64,000 nucleotides of DNA from an uncultured Pelagibacteraceae bacterium (lineage in GTDB: Bacteria > Pseudomonadota > Alphaproteobacteria > Pelagibacterales > Pelagibacteraceae), in assembly GCA_902624465.1 (NCBI GenBank), contig CACNXP010000001.1, forward strand, positions 31,115-95,114, read 5' to 3'. Within the stretch, counting starts at the first letter, position 1; each line of letters starts with the position of its first letter. The notes beneath the pieces are model-generated. The model did not search any database, was not told the origin of the DNA, and was given only the letters and a program-made list of their open reading frames with translations. The translations under genes were made by a program, and so were the position numbers. This document shows, in pieces, positions 41,343 to 51,118 of this stretch.

Positions 41343-42136
41343 TGAAAATTATTTCAATCATAAATCAGAAGGGTGGGGTTGGAAAAACAACCACTGTAAT
41401 TAACCTTGCCTCCGCACTGACACAACAAGGAAAAAAAATTTTAGTTATTGACTTAGATCCACAGGGGAATGCAACAACTGGTCTTGGTTTATCTAATTCA
41501 GAAAAATCAGACGAAACTATTTATGGTATTTTAAATGGAACTAGGTCTATCTCAGAGGTAATTAAAAAAACAAAATTTGATAATCTTGATTTAATAACTT
41601 CAAATGTCGATTTATCTGGTCTAGAGGTCGAAACAGCCGGGGACAGAGATAGGGCATTTATTCTAAAGGTAAAATTAGCCGCTTATTTAAATGATTCTGG
41701 AGCAATATACGATTACATACTTATAGATTGCCCACCATCTCTAAGTTTATTGACAGTGATGGCACTGGTATGTTCAAACTCTCTCTTAGTCCCTCTTCAG
41801 ACAGAATTTTTTGCGTTAGAGGGTTTAACCCAACTGATGAAAACAATAGATAGAATAAAAATCAATTTAAACCCTGGTTTAGAAATTCAAGGAATACTTT
41901 TGACGATGTATGATAGAAGAAATAAATTATCTTCTCAGGTTGAGCAGGAAGCAAGAGATTATTTTAAGGAAAAAGTATATCAAACAGTGATCCCACGTAA
42001 TGTAAGATTATCCGAAGCACCTTCACATGGTGTGCCAGTTTTAATTTATGATAAAAATTGCCCTGGTAGTAAATCATATTATAGTTTTGCAGATGAATTT
42101 ATAAACCAAGAAAATCAAATAGGGAGTGCAGCTTAG
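41342..42136 (+). CDS. parA: Chromosome partitioning ATPase ParA
   Basis: NQKGGVGKTTT, DLDPQGNA, IDCPPSL and IPRNVRLSEAPSHG motifs. Confidence 0.97.
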   Translation: MKIISIINQKGGVGKTTTVINLASALTQQGKKILVIDLDPQGNATTGLGLSNSEKSDETIYGILNGTRSISEVIKKTKFDNLDLITSNVDLSGLEVETAGDRDRAFILKVKLAAYLNDSGAIYDYILIDCPPSLSLLTVMALVCSNSLLVPLQTEFFALEGLTQLMKTIDRIKINLNPGLEIQGILLTMYDRRNKLSSQVEQEARDYFKEKVYQTVIPRNVRLSEAPSHGVPVLIYDKNCPGSKSYYSFADEFINQENQIGSAA

Positions 42137-42975
42137 TGAATAAGATTAAAAAGGGATTAGGTAGAGGATTATCATCATTAATTGGTGAAACTAAGGTAGA
42201 GCAAACAACTAACAAATTATCAATCAGTGCGTTGTATCCGAATAAATTTCAGCCAAGAAAAATTTTCGACAAAGATAGTTTGAGTGATTTAGAAAAATCA
42301 ATAAAGGAGAGGGGTATTATTCAGCCAATAATTGTAAGAAAATCTGATGAAAATTTGAAGTATGAAATTATTGCAGGAGAAAGAAGATGGCTTGCTGCTC
42401 AAAAAGCTGGTCTTCATGAGGTACCAGTTGTTGTTACTGAAGCAGATGATTTAAAATCTCTAGAGTTTGCAATTGTTGAAAATGTTCAAAGGAATGATCT
42501 TAATCCTTTAGAAGAAGCTCAAGGATATCAAAGATTAATAAATGATTTTTCTTATGATCAAGAAAAAGTATCAAAATTTATTGGTAAAAGTAGAAGTTAC
42601 ATAACAAATTGTTTAAGAATACTAACTTTACCAAGCGATGTATTAGACTTAATAGAAACAAAAAAAATTTCAGCTGGCCATGCAAAAATATTGGTTGGTC
42701 TCGAAAATGCAAGTTTTGTTGCAAAAAAAATAATTGAAAAAAAACTTTCAGTTCGTCAATCAGAAACTTTTGTCAAAATTTTTAAAAAGAAAAAAAGTTT
42801 AAATATTAAATCTAATGATCCAAATATTCTAAATCTTGAAAAATCGATTTCTGACAAGATTGGCTTAAATGTTTCAATTAAGAATAATAAGAAAAATAAA
42901 GGAACGATTACCTTTGTTTATCATGATATTGAGCAACTAAACAAAATAATTGATATTATTAAATCTAATTATTAA
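42136..42975 (+). CDS. parB: Chromosome partitioning protein ParB
   Basis: GLGRGLSSL, QPR, IIAGERRW and ENVQRNDL motifs; GTG start. Confidence 0.97.
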   Translation: MNKIKKGLGRGLSSLIGETKVEQTTNKLSISALYPNKFQPRKIFDKDSLSDLEKSIKERGIIQPIIVRKSDENLKYEIIAGERRWLAAQKAGLHEVPVVVTEADDLKSLEFAIVENVQRNDLNPLEEAQGYQRLINDFSYDQEKVSKFIGKSRSYITNCLRILTLPSDVLDLIETKKISAGHAKILVGLENASFVAKKIIEKKLSVRQSETFVKIFKKKKSLNIKSNDPNILNLEKSISDKIGLNVSIKNNKKNKGTITFVYHDIEQLNKIIDIIKSNY

Positions 42976-43957
42976 TTTCTGAACGACTTTTTTCTAAAAT
43001 AAAGTTTGTAACTATAAGAATTGAATTATTATAATTTTTTTTAATTTCTAACTCAACATTGTTAATATTTTTTATTAGCTCTTTAATTTTTTTAGTTTTC
43101 CATTTATTAAGTTGAACTTTTATAATTTCTTTGTCTTTCCAAAAAATAGGTGGTCTAGCTGAGTTTATTGTTTTATTTATATCTTTGTTTTCCTCAAGTT
43201 CTATCGCAAGTTTTAAAATTCTTTTTGTTTTAGATAAAAAGGTTCTAAGAATTATTATGCAATCCTCTGTACTATAATTATTTTCATTTAGAATATTTAT
43301 TATCTTATTTTTATTTTGTGCTAAACAATTATCAATTAGCTCTGATATTTCAAAGTTTTCACTTAAATTGATTAATCTTAAAATTTCTTGAGATGAAATT
43401 TTTTTCTTACTTAATGTATAATTTTTTATTTTATTAAGTTCATTATTCAAATTATGTCTATCTCCATTGCATTTATCTACAATGATATTTATGTTTTGTT
43501 GGGATATAGGTATATTTTCTTTTTTAAAAAAAATTGTGGTTAATTTAGATAAAGTATCATTATTATCTGGATATGTAGGTATACAAACTAAATCCTCATT
43601 TTTTTCAAACAAAGATCTTAGTTTTGATCGTGTTTCTAAAATACCTGCATTTATGATGATAATGATATTTTTTATGTTTCTATTAATCAAATTTTGAATA
43701 GTTTCAAAAATTTTATCAGACGCTCTGTTTATTATTATTATTTTGTTACTTTCAAATAATGAACCAGATAATATATTTTCATAAAATGATTCAATTTCAT
43801 CTTTAATTTGTTTTTCCTCATAATTAAAAACTTTTCCATCATTTTTCGCTAAAATTTGATTAATACAATCAGTTTTTAAACCCTCATTTTTTCCATATAA
43901 TAGGTGGAAAATTGCTTTATCCGGGATTTTTTTTAATTGGAATGTTTTGTAAATCAC
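42965..43957 (-). CDS. holA: DNA polymerase III delta subunit
   Basis: LLYG, SLF, SKLRSLFE and PPIFWKDK segments; leuS-lptE-holA synteny. Confidence 0.88.
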   Translation of the reverse strand: MIYKTFQLKKIPDKAIFHLLYGKNEGLKTDCINQILAKNDGKVFNYEEKQIKDEIESFYENILSGSLFESNKIIIINRASDKIFETIQNLINRNIKNIIIIINAGILETRSKLRSLFEKNEDLVCIPTYPDNNDTLSKLTTIFFKKENIPISQQNINIIVDKCNGDRHNLNNELNKIKNYTLSKKKISSQEILRLINLSENFEISELIDNCLAQNKNKIINILNENNYSTEDCIIILRTFLSKTKRILKLAIELEENKDINKTINSARPPIFWKDKEIIKVQLNKWKTKKIKELIKNINNVELEIKKNYNNSILIVTNFILEKSRSEINN

Positions 43958-44412
43958 TTAATCACAGCCAATCTAAGAATTAGTTTTTCTGATATTGAAT
44001 TTGCAAGATTTTTTTTAATATTCCGTTCGTAATTTTTTTCTTCATACTTGTCGGTCATTTTTTTAAAATTAAATTTCTCATTTACTGAAAAACTTTCAGA
44101 GTCATCATCTTTTTTAATTATAAATGTCGTCACCACATCAGTTTGATAATCAGTTATTGATCCTGCACTATTTTTGGCAAGAACATTTTTTTTATACTTT
44201 GTATTAAAAATAACGTTTATGATTTGGTCAGATTCTTCATTGCTAGTTCTTTTTAAATTTGTAGCAATTAAATTATTTACATCTTTATCACCAGAAAAAC
44301 TTGTTATTACGATTTTGTAATCTACTTTATTTAGTTTTGAGTAAACTGGTGTGTAATCACAGTGGTTTAATAAATTTAAAGATAGAATTATAAAAAAAAT
44401 CTTTTTTAGCAT
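43954..44412 (-). CDS. lptE: LptE-like lipoprotein
   Basis: Signal peptide with LNHC-DYTPVY (CGFxPLY-like); located between leuS and holA. Confidence 0.7.
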   Translation of the reverse strand: MLKKIFFIILSLNLLNHCDYTPVYSKLNKVDYKIVITSFSGDKDVNNLIATNLKRTSNEESDQIINVIFNTKYKKNVLAKNSAGSITDYQTDVVTTFIIKKDDDSESFSVNEKFNFKKMTDKYEEKNYERNIKKNLANSISEKLILRLAVIK

Positions 44413-46946
44413 TAAATTATTATATTCAAAAGTTTGTCTTTAATATAAATCTTTTTTTTTATATTTTTTTGATCAAAATACTTCATTATTTTCTCATCAT
44501 TCTTAATTATTTGAAAGAGTTTTTCTTCAGTAATATTTGGTTTAGTATGAATAAGACCTCTTTTTTTACCATTAATTTGTATAACAATATTAATAGTATC
44601 CTCTTTTAGCATGGAGACATCATATTTAGGCCATTTAAAATTTTTAGCTTTAATAACACTTAAACATTCATTGGCAAAATGGGGAAGAATTGGTGTCATT
44701 GCAATTAAAATTTTTTCATAGTTTTCAAAAAGAGTGTGTTTTGCGTATGGTTTATCAATTTGTTTATTCAAAAATGAGTACATCTCATACAAGTTAGCTA
44801 TAATTTTATTATAACTAAAACTTTCAAGATTATCGTGAACTTTTTTTAAATATTTATTAGTATATTTTATAATCTCATCATCGTAGTCTGCATTATTGTT
44901 TTTATTAATTTCATCAACTATTTTTTCATTTAATTTCCAAAGTTTTTGAATAAATTTAAAAGATGAAACAATACCTTCTTCAGACCACTGAACATCTTTT
45001 TCTGGAGGACTATCAGATAATATAAAAAGTCTTGCTGCGTCAGCACCATAATTAGCAATGATATTTTCTGGGTCTATCGTATTTTTTTTTGACTTGGACA
45101 TCGATTCTGATGGACCAACAGAAATTAATTTGGATTTATCTTTTTTGAGATACTTTTTACCATTTATGTTTTCAATCTCTTCTGGACTGATCCAATTATT
45201 ATCAGGGTCCTTATAAGTTTCATGACACACCATCCCTTGTGTAAATAAACCACTGAATGGTTCTAAAATATTAAAACTATTATTATTATGTGACAATGCT
45301 TGCATAAAAAATCTTGAATAAAGCAAATGTAAAATTGCATGTTCTACACCACCAATATATTGATCAACAGGCATCCAGTAATCAATATCATTTTTTTTAA
45401 ATCCATATTCACTTTCTGTTGGTGAGCAAAATCTTAGATAATACCAAGATGAGCAAACAAAAGTATCCAAAGTGTCAGTCTCTCTAAACATTTTTTTTCC
45501 ATTTATATTTATTTCTTTCCAATTATTCTGACTATCAAGCGGATTACCTTTAGTATTTAATTCTATATTTTCTGGCAATTCAACTGGCAACATCGATTTG
45601 GGAATTGGATGAACTTTTCCATTTTCGTCATATGCAATAGGAATAGGGCATCCCCAATATCTTTGTCTTGATACACCCCAATCTTTTAATCTAAAATTGA
45701 TTTGTTTTTTTCCTAATTTTTTTTCTTCTAAAATTTTAATTGTTTCAATTATAGAATTCTCTGGTGCTTTAAGACCATTAAGAAAATCTGAATTAATTAA
45801 TACACCTGCACCTGGATATGCCTCATCAAGTACTTTAAAATTTTCATCTTGGTCATCTGGTCGAACTACAGTCTTTATTTCGAGATCATATTTTTTTGCA
45901 AAGTCGTAATCTCTTTGATCATGCGCTGGACAACCAAAAACAGCACCAAATCCATAATCCATTAAAACAAAGTTAGCGAAATAAACAGGCACTTTTTGTC
46001 TTGGGTTGAGAGGATTTACAGCAACAAGATTTGTTTTAAACCCAATTTTTTCACCAACTGCTATAGCTTCTTCTGTAGTACCGGTTTTCGTACACTCTTC
46101 CTTGAAACTCAAAAAATCCTGGTTATCGCTAAAAAATTTAGAGACTTCATGGTCTACTGATAATGCCAAAAAAGAAAAACCAAAAAGTGTATCTGGCCTG
46201 GTAGTAAAACACTTAATATTTTTAACAGGTAAGTTTCCCTCAATTTTAAAATCAATCTCGCATCCAAAAGATTTTCCAATCCAGTTTTTTTGCATTGTTT
46301 TTACTTTGTTTGGCCAGTTATCTAATTTTTCCAAACCATCTAACAACTCCTGAGAAAATTTAGATATATTAAAAAACCATTGGCTCAATTTTTTTCTCTC
46401 AACAATAGCTCCAGATCGCCAGCCTTTACCATCTATAACTTGTTCATTTGCAAGAACAGTTTCATCTACTGGATCCCAATTTACGTAATTTTCTTTTCTG
46501 TAAACAAGTTTTTTTTCAAATAATTCTAAGAAAAAGGCTTGTTGATGTTTATAATAATCTTTGCTGCAAGTTGAAATTTCTCTATCCCAATCAATCGATA
46601 AACCGAGTTTTTTTAATTGAGTTTTCATATTTGATATGTTTGTTTCCGTCCATTTTTTTGGGTCTAGATTATTTTGTTTTGCAGCATTTTCAGCGGGCAT
46701 ACCAAATGAGTCCCATCCCATAGGGTGTAGGACATTAAATCCTTGTAGAGACTTATAACGAGCAAGAACATCACCTATAGTATAATTTCTTACATGGCCC
46801 ATATGAATTTTTCCTGATGGATAAGGAAACATTTCAAGACAATAAAATTTTTTTTTCGAAGTATCAGTTTTTACTTTGAAACTTTTATTTTTTTCCCAAT
46901 AACTTTGCCATTTTGTCTCTACCGATTTGAAATTGTATCTGCTCAT
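44412..46946 (-). CDS. leuS: Leucine--tRNA ligase
   Basis: [30 protein letters not shown] and MSKSKKN motifs. Confidence 0.98.
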   Translation of the reverse strand: MSRYNFKSVETKWQSYWEKNKSFKVKTDTSKKKFYCLEMFPYPSGKIHMGHVRNYTIGDVLARYKSLQGFNVLHPMGWDSFGMPAENAAKQNNLDPKKWTETNISNMKTQLKKLGLSIDWDREISTCSKDYYKHQQAFFLELFEKKLVYRKENYVNWDPVDETVLANEQVIDGKGWRSGAIVERKKLSQWFFNISKFSQELLDGLEKLDNWPNKVKTMQKNWIGKSFGCEIDFKIEGNLPVKNIKCFTTRPDTLFGFSFLALSVDHEVSKFFSDNQDFLSFKEECTKTGTTEEAIAVGEKIGFKTNLVAVNPLNPRQKVPVYFANFVLMDYGFGAVFGCPAHDQRDYDFAKKYDLEIKTVVRPDDQDENFKVLDEAYPGAGVLINSDFLNGLKAPENSIIETIKILEEKKLGKKQINFRLKDWGVSRQRYWGCPIPIAYDENGKVHPIPKSMLPVELPENIELNTKGNPLDSQNNWKEININGKKMFRETDTLDTFVCSSWYYLRFCSPTESEYGFKKNDIDYWMPVDQYIGGVEHAILHLLYSRFFMQALSHNNNSFNILEPFSGLFTQGMVCHETYKDPDNNWISPEEIENINGKKYLKKDKSKLISVGPSESMSKSKKNTIDPENIIANYGADAARLFILSDSPPEKDVQWSEEGIVSSFKFIQKLWKLNEKIVDEINKNNNADYDDEIIKYTNKYLKKVHDNLESFSYNKIIANLYEMYSFLNKQIDKPYAKHTLFENYEKILIAMTPILPHFANECLSVIKAKNFKWPKYDVSMLKEDTINIVIQINGKKRGLIHTKPNITEEKLFQIIKNDEKIMKYFDQKNIKKKIYIKDKLLNIII

Positions 46947-46985
46947 TACAAGTGATGTTTAATCTTTAGAAACTATTATTGTTCA

Positions 46986-47555
46986 TTATTCTGGAGATGA
47001 CATACGATAAGGGTTATAATTTTTATCTTTTGATATTTTTTTATAGACAGCAGCCTTTGCTAGAATTTTTTTTGTAATTTCTTTTTTAAGTTGTCCATCT
47101 TGTTTATTAATTTTACAATTCGTTGTATCTATGCATTTTTTGTAAAAAATATCTACATCGATTGCATCTGATCTTATTTCATTACTTAAAAATCTTATCG
47201 TAATTTTAATTGCCTCTCCAGTACTACCTTGTTCAGAATACCAATCAGTGATTATAATACCACCACTATAATTTGCAGAGGTTAGTGGCATAAAATCTAA
47301 AACATCAAGTGATGCTCGCCATAATTCATTTGAGCTTGCAAATTCAAAGTTTGTACCTTTTCCACGACCTCCTATAGCATCATTAATTCTAAAGCCTTTT
47401 CCCTCTTCTAAATTTTTCTTAACTCTTTCTCTTGGGTCAGGTGAAATTTTTCTCGCATCTCCTGGTTTAAAGAAACCTTCTTTGGCACATGAAGTTAAAC
47501 TTAAAGATATGATTACAATTAAGACAAATTTTATGTTTTTGACTATTTTGAACAT
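46986..47555 (-). CDS. DUF3576 family lipoprotein
   Basis: LTSC lipobox; LWRASLDVLDFMPL and GGIIITDWY motifs; start set at MFKIVK. Confidence 0.85.
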   Translation of the reverse strand: MFKIVKNIKFVLIVIISLSLTSCAKEGFFKPGDARKISPDPRERVKKNLEEGKGFRINDAIGGRGKGTNFEFASSNELWRASLDVLDFMPLTSANYSGGIIITDWYSEQGSTGEAIKITIRFLSNEIRSDAIDVDIFYKKCIDTTNCKINKQDGQLKKEITKKILAKAAVYKKISKDKNYNPYRMSSPE

Positions 47556-47627
47556 TAAAGTTTTTAAAATGAAATTAAAATAAATATACATCTAAATATT
47601 AATTATTTGAAAATATTCATTTAAATT

Positions 47628-47647
47628 GTGTTGCATAATTACAACAC
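47628..47647. promoter_or_regulatory. Palindromic putative regulator site between DUF3576 and porin
   Basis: GTGTTG-cataatta-CAACAC inverted repeat in an otherwise AT-rich spacer. Confidence 0.5.
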
Positions 47648-47757
47648 CATTCAAATTTATTAAAAAAAACAGGAAAATTTCAAGTTTTTAGAGCTAAAAA
47701 TGATAATTTGCTCATGTTTATTATTAATAATCAAACAATTACAAAGGAGTAATTAAT

Positions 47758-48720
47758 ATGAACAATTTAAAGAAAATCGGATTATCAGCGTTAGCTGGTT
47801 CTCTGGCGACAGTTGCTGCTCATGCTGCTGAATTTTCAGTATCAGGTAGCGCGTCGATAACTATGGACAGACCACACCAAAATGGAGGAACAACAGGTAA
47901 CGATTTCTCAATGGGTGATAGTCTTGGTTTCAACGCAAGCGGCGAGACAGACAATGGTCTTGGTGTAGCTGTTTACTATGAAATCGATAATGGTGCATTA
48001 GATGACTACGACATGACACTATCAGGTGACTGGGGATCATTAAAGTTTAATGGTTCAGGTTCATCATCTGCTTTCGGTGCTGTAGATGACGTAATGCCAA
48101 ATGCTTATGAAGAGTCTTGGGATGTTACAGACACAGACGGAGCAGCGACTACTGGTTCACCTCAGGTGATTGGTGGTGGCGGTGGAGCTAACATGTTTAT
48201 CTACACGTCTCCAAGTGTTGCGGGTGCAACTTTAACAGTTGCTTACCAAAACTCTGGTGGAAGTGATGCTGCTGCATCTTACACTGACTACGCAATCGCG
48301 ATGAGTCCTGAAATGGTTGAAGGTTTAACCGTTGGTTTTGCAGTTTCTGACAATGAAGTTGCTGCTGGTGGTAAAAACTCAAACAAAACTACTGGATACG
48401 TGAAGTATGCGACAGGTGGAGTAACAGTTGGTTACCAATTCTCAGAAGAAGACCATGACACTAAGTCATCAAGTAAAGAGTCAACTGGTTGGGGTATCAC
48501 GTACGCAGTAAATGATGATATGTCAATTGGATATCACACACATACTATGGAGTTTGATACAGCTAATAGTACTAATGACCAAGAGTCTACTGGTATTTCT
48601 GCTTCATACACTATGGGTGGAATGACACTTGGTGGTGCTATCAACGAAACAGATAACTCGAGAGGTACAGCTGCAAGTGACTTTGAGTCATACGAGTTTA
48701 ACCTTTCATTTGCATTCTAA
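47758..48720 (+). CDS. Major outer-membrane porin
   Basis: Signal peptide ending AHA, alternating beta-strand pattern, terminal Phe (FNLSFAF), AAGGAG RBS and own terminator. Confidence 0.9.
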   Translation: MNNLKKIGLSALAGSLATVAAHAAEFSVSGSASITMDRPHQNGGTTGNDFSMGDSLGFNASGETDNGLGVAVYYEIDNGALDDYDMTLSGDWGSLKFNGSGSSSAFGAVDDVMPNAYEESWDVTDTDGAATTGSPQVIGGGGGANMFIYTSPSVAGATLTVAYQNSGGSDAAASYTDYAIAMSPEMVEGLTVGFAVSDNEVAAGGKNSNKTTGYVKYATGGVTVGYQFSEEDHDTKSSSKESTGWGITYAVNDDMSIGYHTHTMEFDTANSTNDQESTGISASYTMGGMTLGGAINETDNSRGTAASDFESYEFNLSFAF

Positions 48721-48740
48721 TTTAATTAGAAACCAAATTT

Positions 48741-48773
48741 AAAAGAGGCCCCTTTTTAGGGGCCTTTTTTTTT
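48741..48773 (+). terminator. Rho-independent terminator after porin (possibly bidirectional)
   Basis: AGGCCCCT-tttt-AGGGGCCT hairpin followed by a long T run and preceded by As. Confidence 0.92.
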
Positions 48774-49302
48774 ATTTAAAATATGAAATTCCTGCAATAC
48801 TAGAGATATTTGTTAACTCAATTTTTTTTAAATTTTTTTTGGATATACCACCCAAGGCAACAACTTTTTTTTTTGTATATTTATCTAAAATTTTAAACTT
48901 ATTTAATCCTAAGTAATTTTTGTTTTTTTTAAATACTGAAGATATAAAAATATTTTGTACTTGTTGAAGTTCTTTTATTCTAATTTCTTTAAGATTGTGA
49001 GCAGATCCTACAACAGCGAAATTAAGGAAAGTAGAATATGCCAAATGATTAAAATTTTTATTAAAAGAGGGTATATAAACTCCATCTAGTCCAAGTTTTA
49101 ATGCTAATTTAAAATTATTAGCTAAAAAAAATTTATTTCCTTTTTTCCTTAAAAAATTTTTAAGCTTTATAAGTTTATCTATATTGATATTTGAAGAAGA
49201 ATAATTTCTATAAATAATTATTGTTTCCTTATCTTGTTTTTGTAAATTATTTGTATCAAGAGAATTTATAAAGTAATATTTGGTAAATAATTTAATATGC
49301 AT
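48772..49302 (-). CDS. Thiamine phosphate synthase-like (ThiE/TenI fold) protein, divergent
   Basis: LGLDGVYIP, GSAHN, ISSVF and VALGGI segments; start uncertain (49302 or 49314). Confidence 0.72.
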   Translation of the reverse strand: MHIKLFTKYYFINSLDTNNLQKQDKETIIIYRNYSSSNINIDKLIKLKNFLRKKGNKFFLANNFKLALKLGLDGVYIPSFNKNFNHLAYSTFLNFAVVGSAHNLKEIRIKELQQVQNIFISSVFKKNKNYLGLNKFKILDKYTKKKVVALGGISKKNLKKIELTNISSIAGISYFK

Positions 49303-49956
49303 CAAACTGTTCAAAATTTAATTAATATTAAAGAAGAAATAAACTCCAATATTTCTAATAAAAAAAATTATAAAGTACCAAAAATTATAGCTGTTTCAAA
49401 GACTTTCGGCATGGATAAGATATTACCATTAATTGAATATGGACACCTAGATTTTGGTGAAAACAAAGTTCAAGAGGCAATCGAAAAATGGAGTGAAACC
49501 AAATTAAGTAACAATAATATAAAGTTACACCTTATTGGAGGGCTTCAAACTAACAAAGTTAAATTAGCTGTAAAATTATTTGACTACATTCACTCTGTAG
49601 ATAGTGAAAAACTTGCAAAAAAAATAGCTGATGAACAACAAAAACAAAAGAAAAAAGTAAGAGTTTTTATTCAGGTAAATATTGGAAATGAGGAACAAAA
49701 ATTTGGGGTGAATAAATCGTCCGTGGCAGAATTTTATTCTTGTTGTAAAACCCTGAATTTAGAGGTCGTGGGGTTAATGTGTATTCCACCGTTAAATGAG
49801 CCATCAGAAATTTTTTTTAAAGAAATGAATGAATTAAATAAAAAGTTAAATTTTGATGAGTTAAGCATGGGGATGTCTTCAGACTATTTAAATGCAATAC
49901 AAAATTGTGCTACATATGTAAGAATTGGATCTAACATATTTGGCCAAAGAAATTAA
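49297..49956 (+). CDS. yggS: YggS family PLP homeostasis protein
   Basis: IAVSKT, FGENKVQE, HLIGGLQTNK, GLMCIPP, LSMGMSSD and VRIGS motifs. Confidence 0.96.
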   Translation: MHQTVQNLINIKEEINSNISNKKNYKVPKIIAVSKTFGMDKILPLIEYGHLDFGENKVQEAIEKWSETKLSNNNIKLHLIGGLQTNKVKLAVKLFDYIHSVDSEKLAKKIADEQQKQKKKVRVFIQVNIGNEEQKFGVNKSSVAEFYSCCKTLNLEVVGLMCIPPLNEPSEIFFKEMNELNKKLNFDELSMGMSSDYLNAIQNCATYVRIGSNIFGQRN

Positions 49957-50447
49957 ATAATTTTTATTTTTGTTTTTTTGTTAATTAATTTTAATATTAT
50001 TAAAAGATCTTTTTTTTTGATGCCTATACAACCCAGTGTCGGTTTATAATCATTTGTCAGGTGAATAAAAATACAGCTACCTTTAAATTTTATGGGTTTT
50101 AAATAATTATATTTAATTGGTATCAATAAATCATAGTTATGATCTTTTCTGTAAAGCTTTTCACATTTAATCCTTTTTTCAAGTTTAATTAACTTATTAT
50201 AATTTTTAAGATCGAATGGATCATCGCACCATGCCATATTTCTTTTAATTTTAATACACTTCAATTTAGTAGATGGTTTTTCAAACCTATCAGATCTGTA
50301 GTATAAATTTTCAATTCCGAAACAACCAATTGGAGTTTTTTTATCTCCCTCTTTTTTTTTTTTACTTTTACCATTTTTACCAATAGAGCACCTGAATCTA
50401 AAATCGTCCACTTCAAGAGTGTGTTTATTTTTTAAGTAAATTATCAT
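49953..50447 (-). CDS. L,D-transpeptidase (YkuD) family protein
   Basis: KKEGDKKTPIG, WCDDP and GSCIFIH...PTLGCI (catalytic His/Cys). Confidence 0.88.
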   Translation of the reverse strand: MIIYLKNKHTLEVDDFRFRCSIGKNGKSKKKKEGDKKTPIGCFGIENLYYRSDRFEKPSTKLKCIKIKRNMAWCDDPFDLKNYNKLIKLEKRIKCEKLYRKDHNYDLLIPIKYNYLKPIKFKGSCIFIHLTNDYKPTLGCIGIKKKDLLIILKLINKKTKIKII

Positions 50448-50460
50448 ATTCTATAGTTAG

Positions 50461-51027
50461 ATGAATAATCATAATCTTATAATTTATGAATTTGATGAAC
50501 TATATAAGATTTTAGTTGAAATTAAAAAAGATATAAATCTTAGTTTTGAAAAGGCAAATAAACAAAAACTAACTGATCTAAATTCTAAAGCCAATTATTT
50601 AGTATTTACTAAAAAAGAAATACCAGGTCTAAATAATCAAATAGTTTTTAACGATTTTCCTATACCAATTTTTAAACTACTAGAAAAAATTAATATTGAA
50701 TTTATTAAAAAAAAATTTCACGAACAATCTGATATCACAATTGGTAATTATAATTTTAATTTGAATTCACGTGTAATGTCTTTTGGAGAAAATAAACTTA
50801 AACTTACAGAAAAAGAGATCAATTCAATAGTATATCTTTTTAAAATTGCAAAAGAAGTCAAGATACAAGAATTACAAACCCAAGTTTGGGGATATCAATC
50901 TCAATTAGAAACTCATACAGTTGAAACACATATTTATCGTTTGAGAAAAAAAATTTCAAAAACTTTTAATGATGAAGATTTTATAATTAGTAAAAAAAAT
51001 GGTTACAAAATTAAAAAAGAAAAATAG
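50461..51027 (+). CDS. OmpR-type winged-helix regulator, CenR-like, with degenerate receiver domain
   Basis: C-terminal LTEKE...VWGY...ETHTVETHIYRLRKKI; divergent from the L,D-transpeptidase gene. Confidence 0.82.
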   Translation: MNNHNLIIYEFDELYKILVEIKKDINLSFEKANKQKLTDLNSKANYLVFTKKEIPGLNNQIVFNDFPIPIFKLLEKINIEFIKKKFHEQSDITIGNYNFNLNSRVMSFGENKLKLTEKEINSIVYLFKIAKEVKIQELQTQVWGYQSQLETHTVETHIYRLRKKISKTFNDEDFIISKKNGYKIKKEK

Positions 51028-51118
51028 ATTTGCTAAAGATCTTTTTTCAAGAAAATATAAGCCTAGAGTAATTAAACCTAAAAAAGGTAAAGGAAGTTTT
51101 AAAAGAATAAAAAATTAA
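50999..51118 (+). CDS. arfA: ArfA-like alternative ribosome rescue factor (39 aa), not in ORF track
   Basis: Manual translation MVTKLKKKNRFAKDLFSRKYKPRVIKPKKGKGSFKRIKN; RVxKxKKGKGSFxR matches E. coli ArfA RVEKNKKGKGSYMR. Confidence 0.78.
   Translation: MVTKLKKKNRFAKDLFSRKYKPRVIKPKKGKGSFKRIKN

Noticed and set aside
47758-48720. Higher GC content of the porin gene (also actP) as a sign of horizontal transfer
   Set aside because: Explained by Gly/Ala/Thr-rich composition and the C-ending codons typical of highly expressed genes; no mobility signatures
50766-50776. TTCACGTGTAA as a second parS, and a weak similar sequence near the end of mnmG
   Set aside because: Several mismatches to the 16-bp palindrome; not distinguishable from chance
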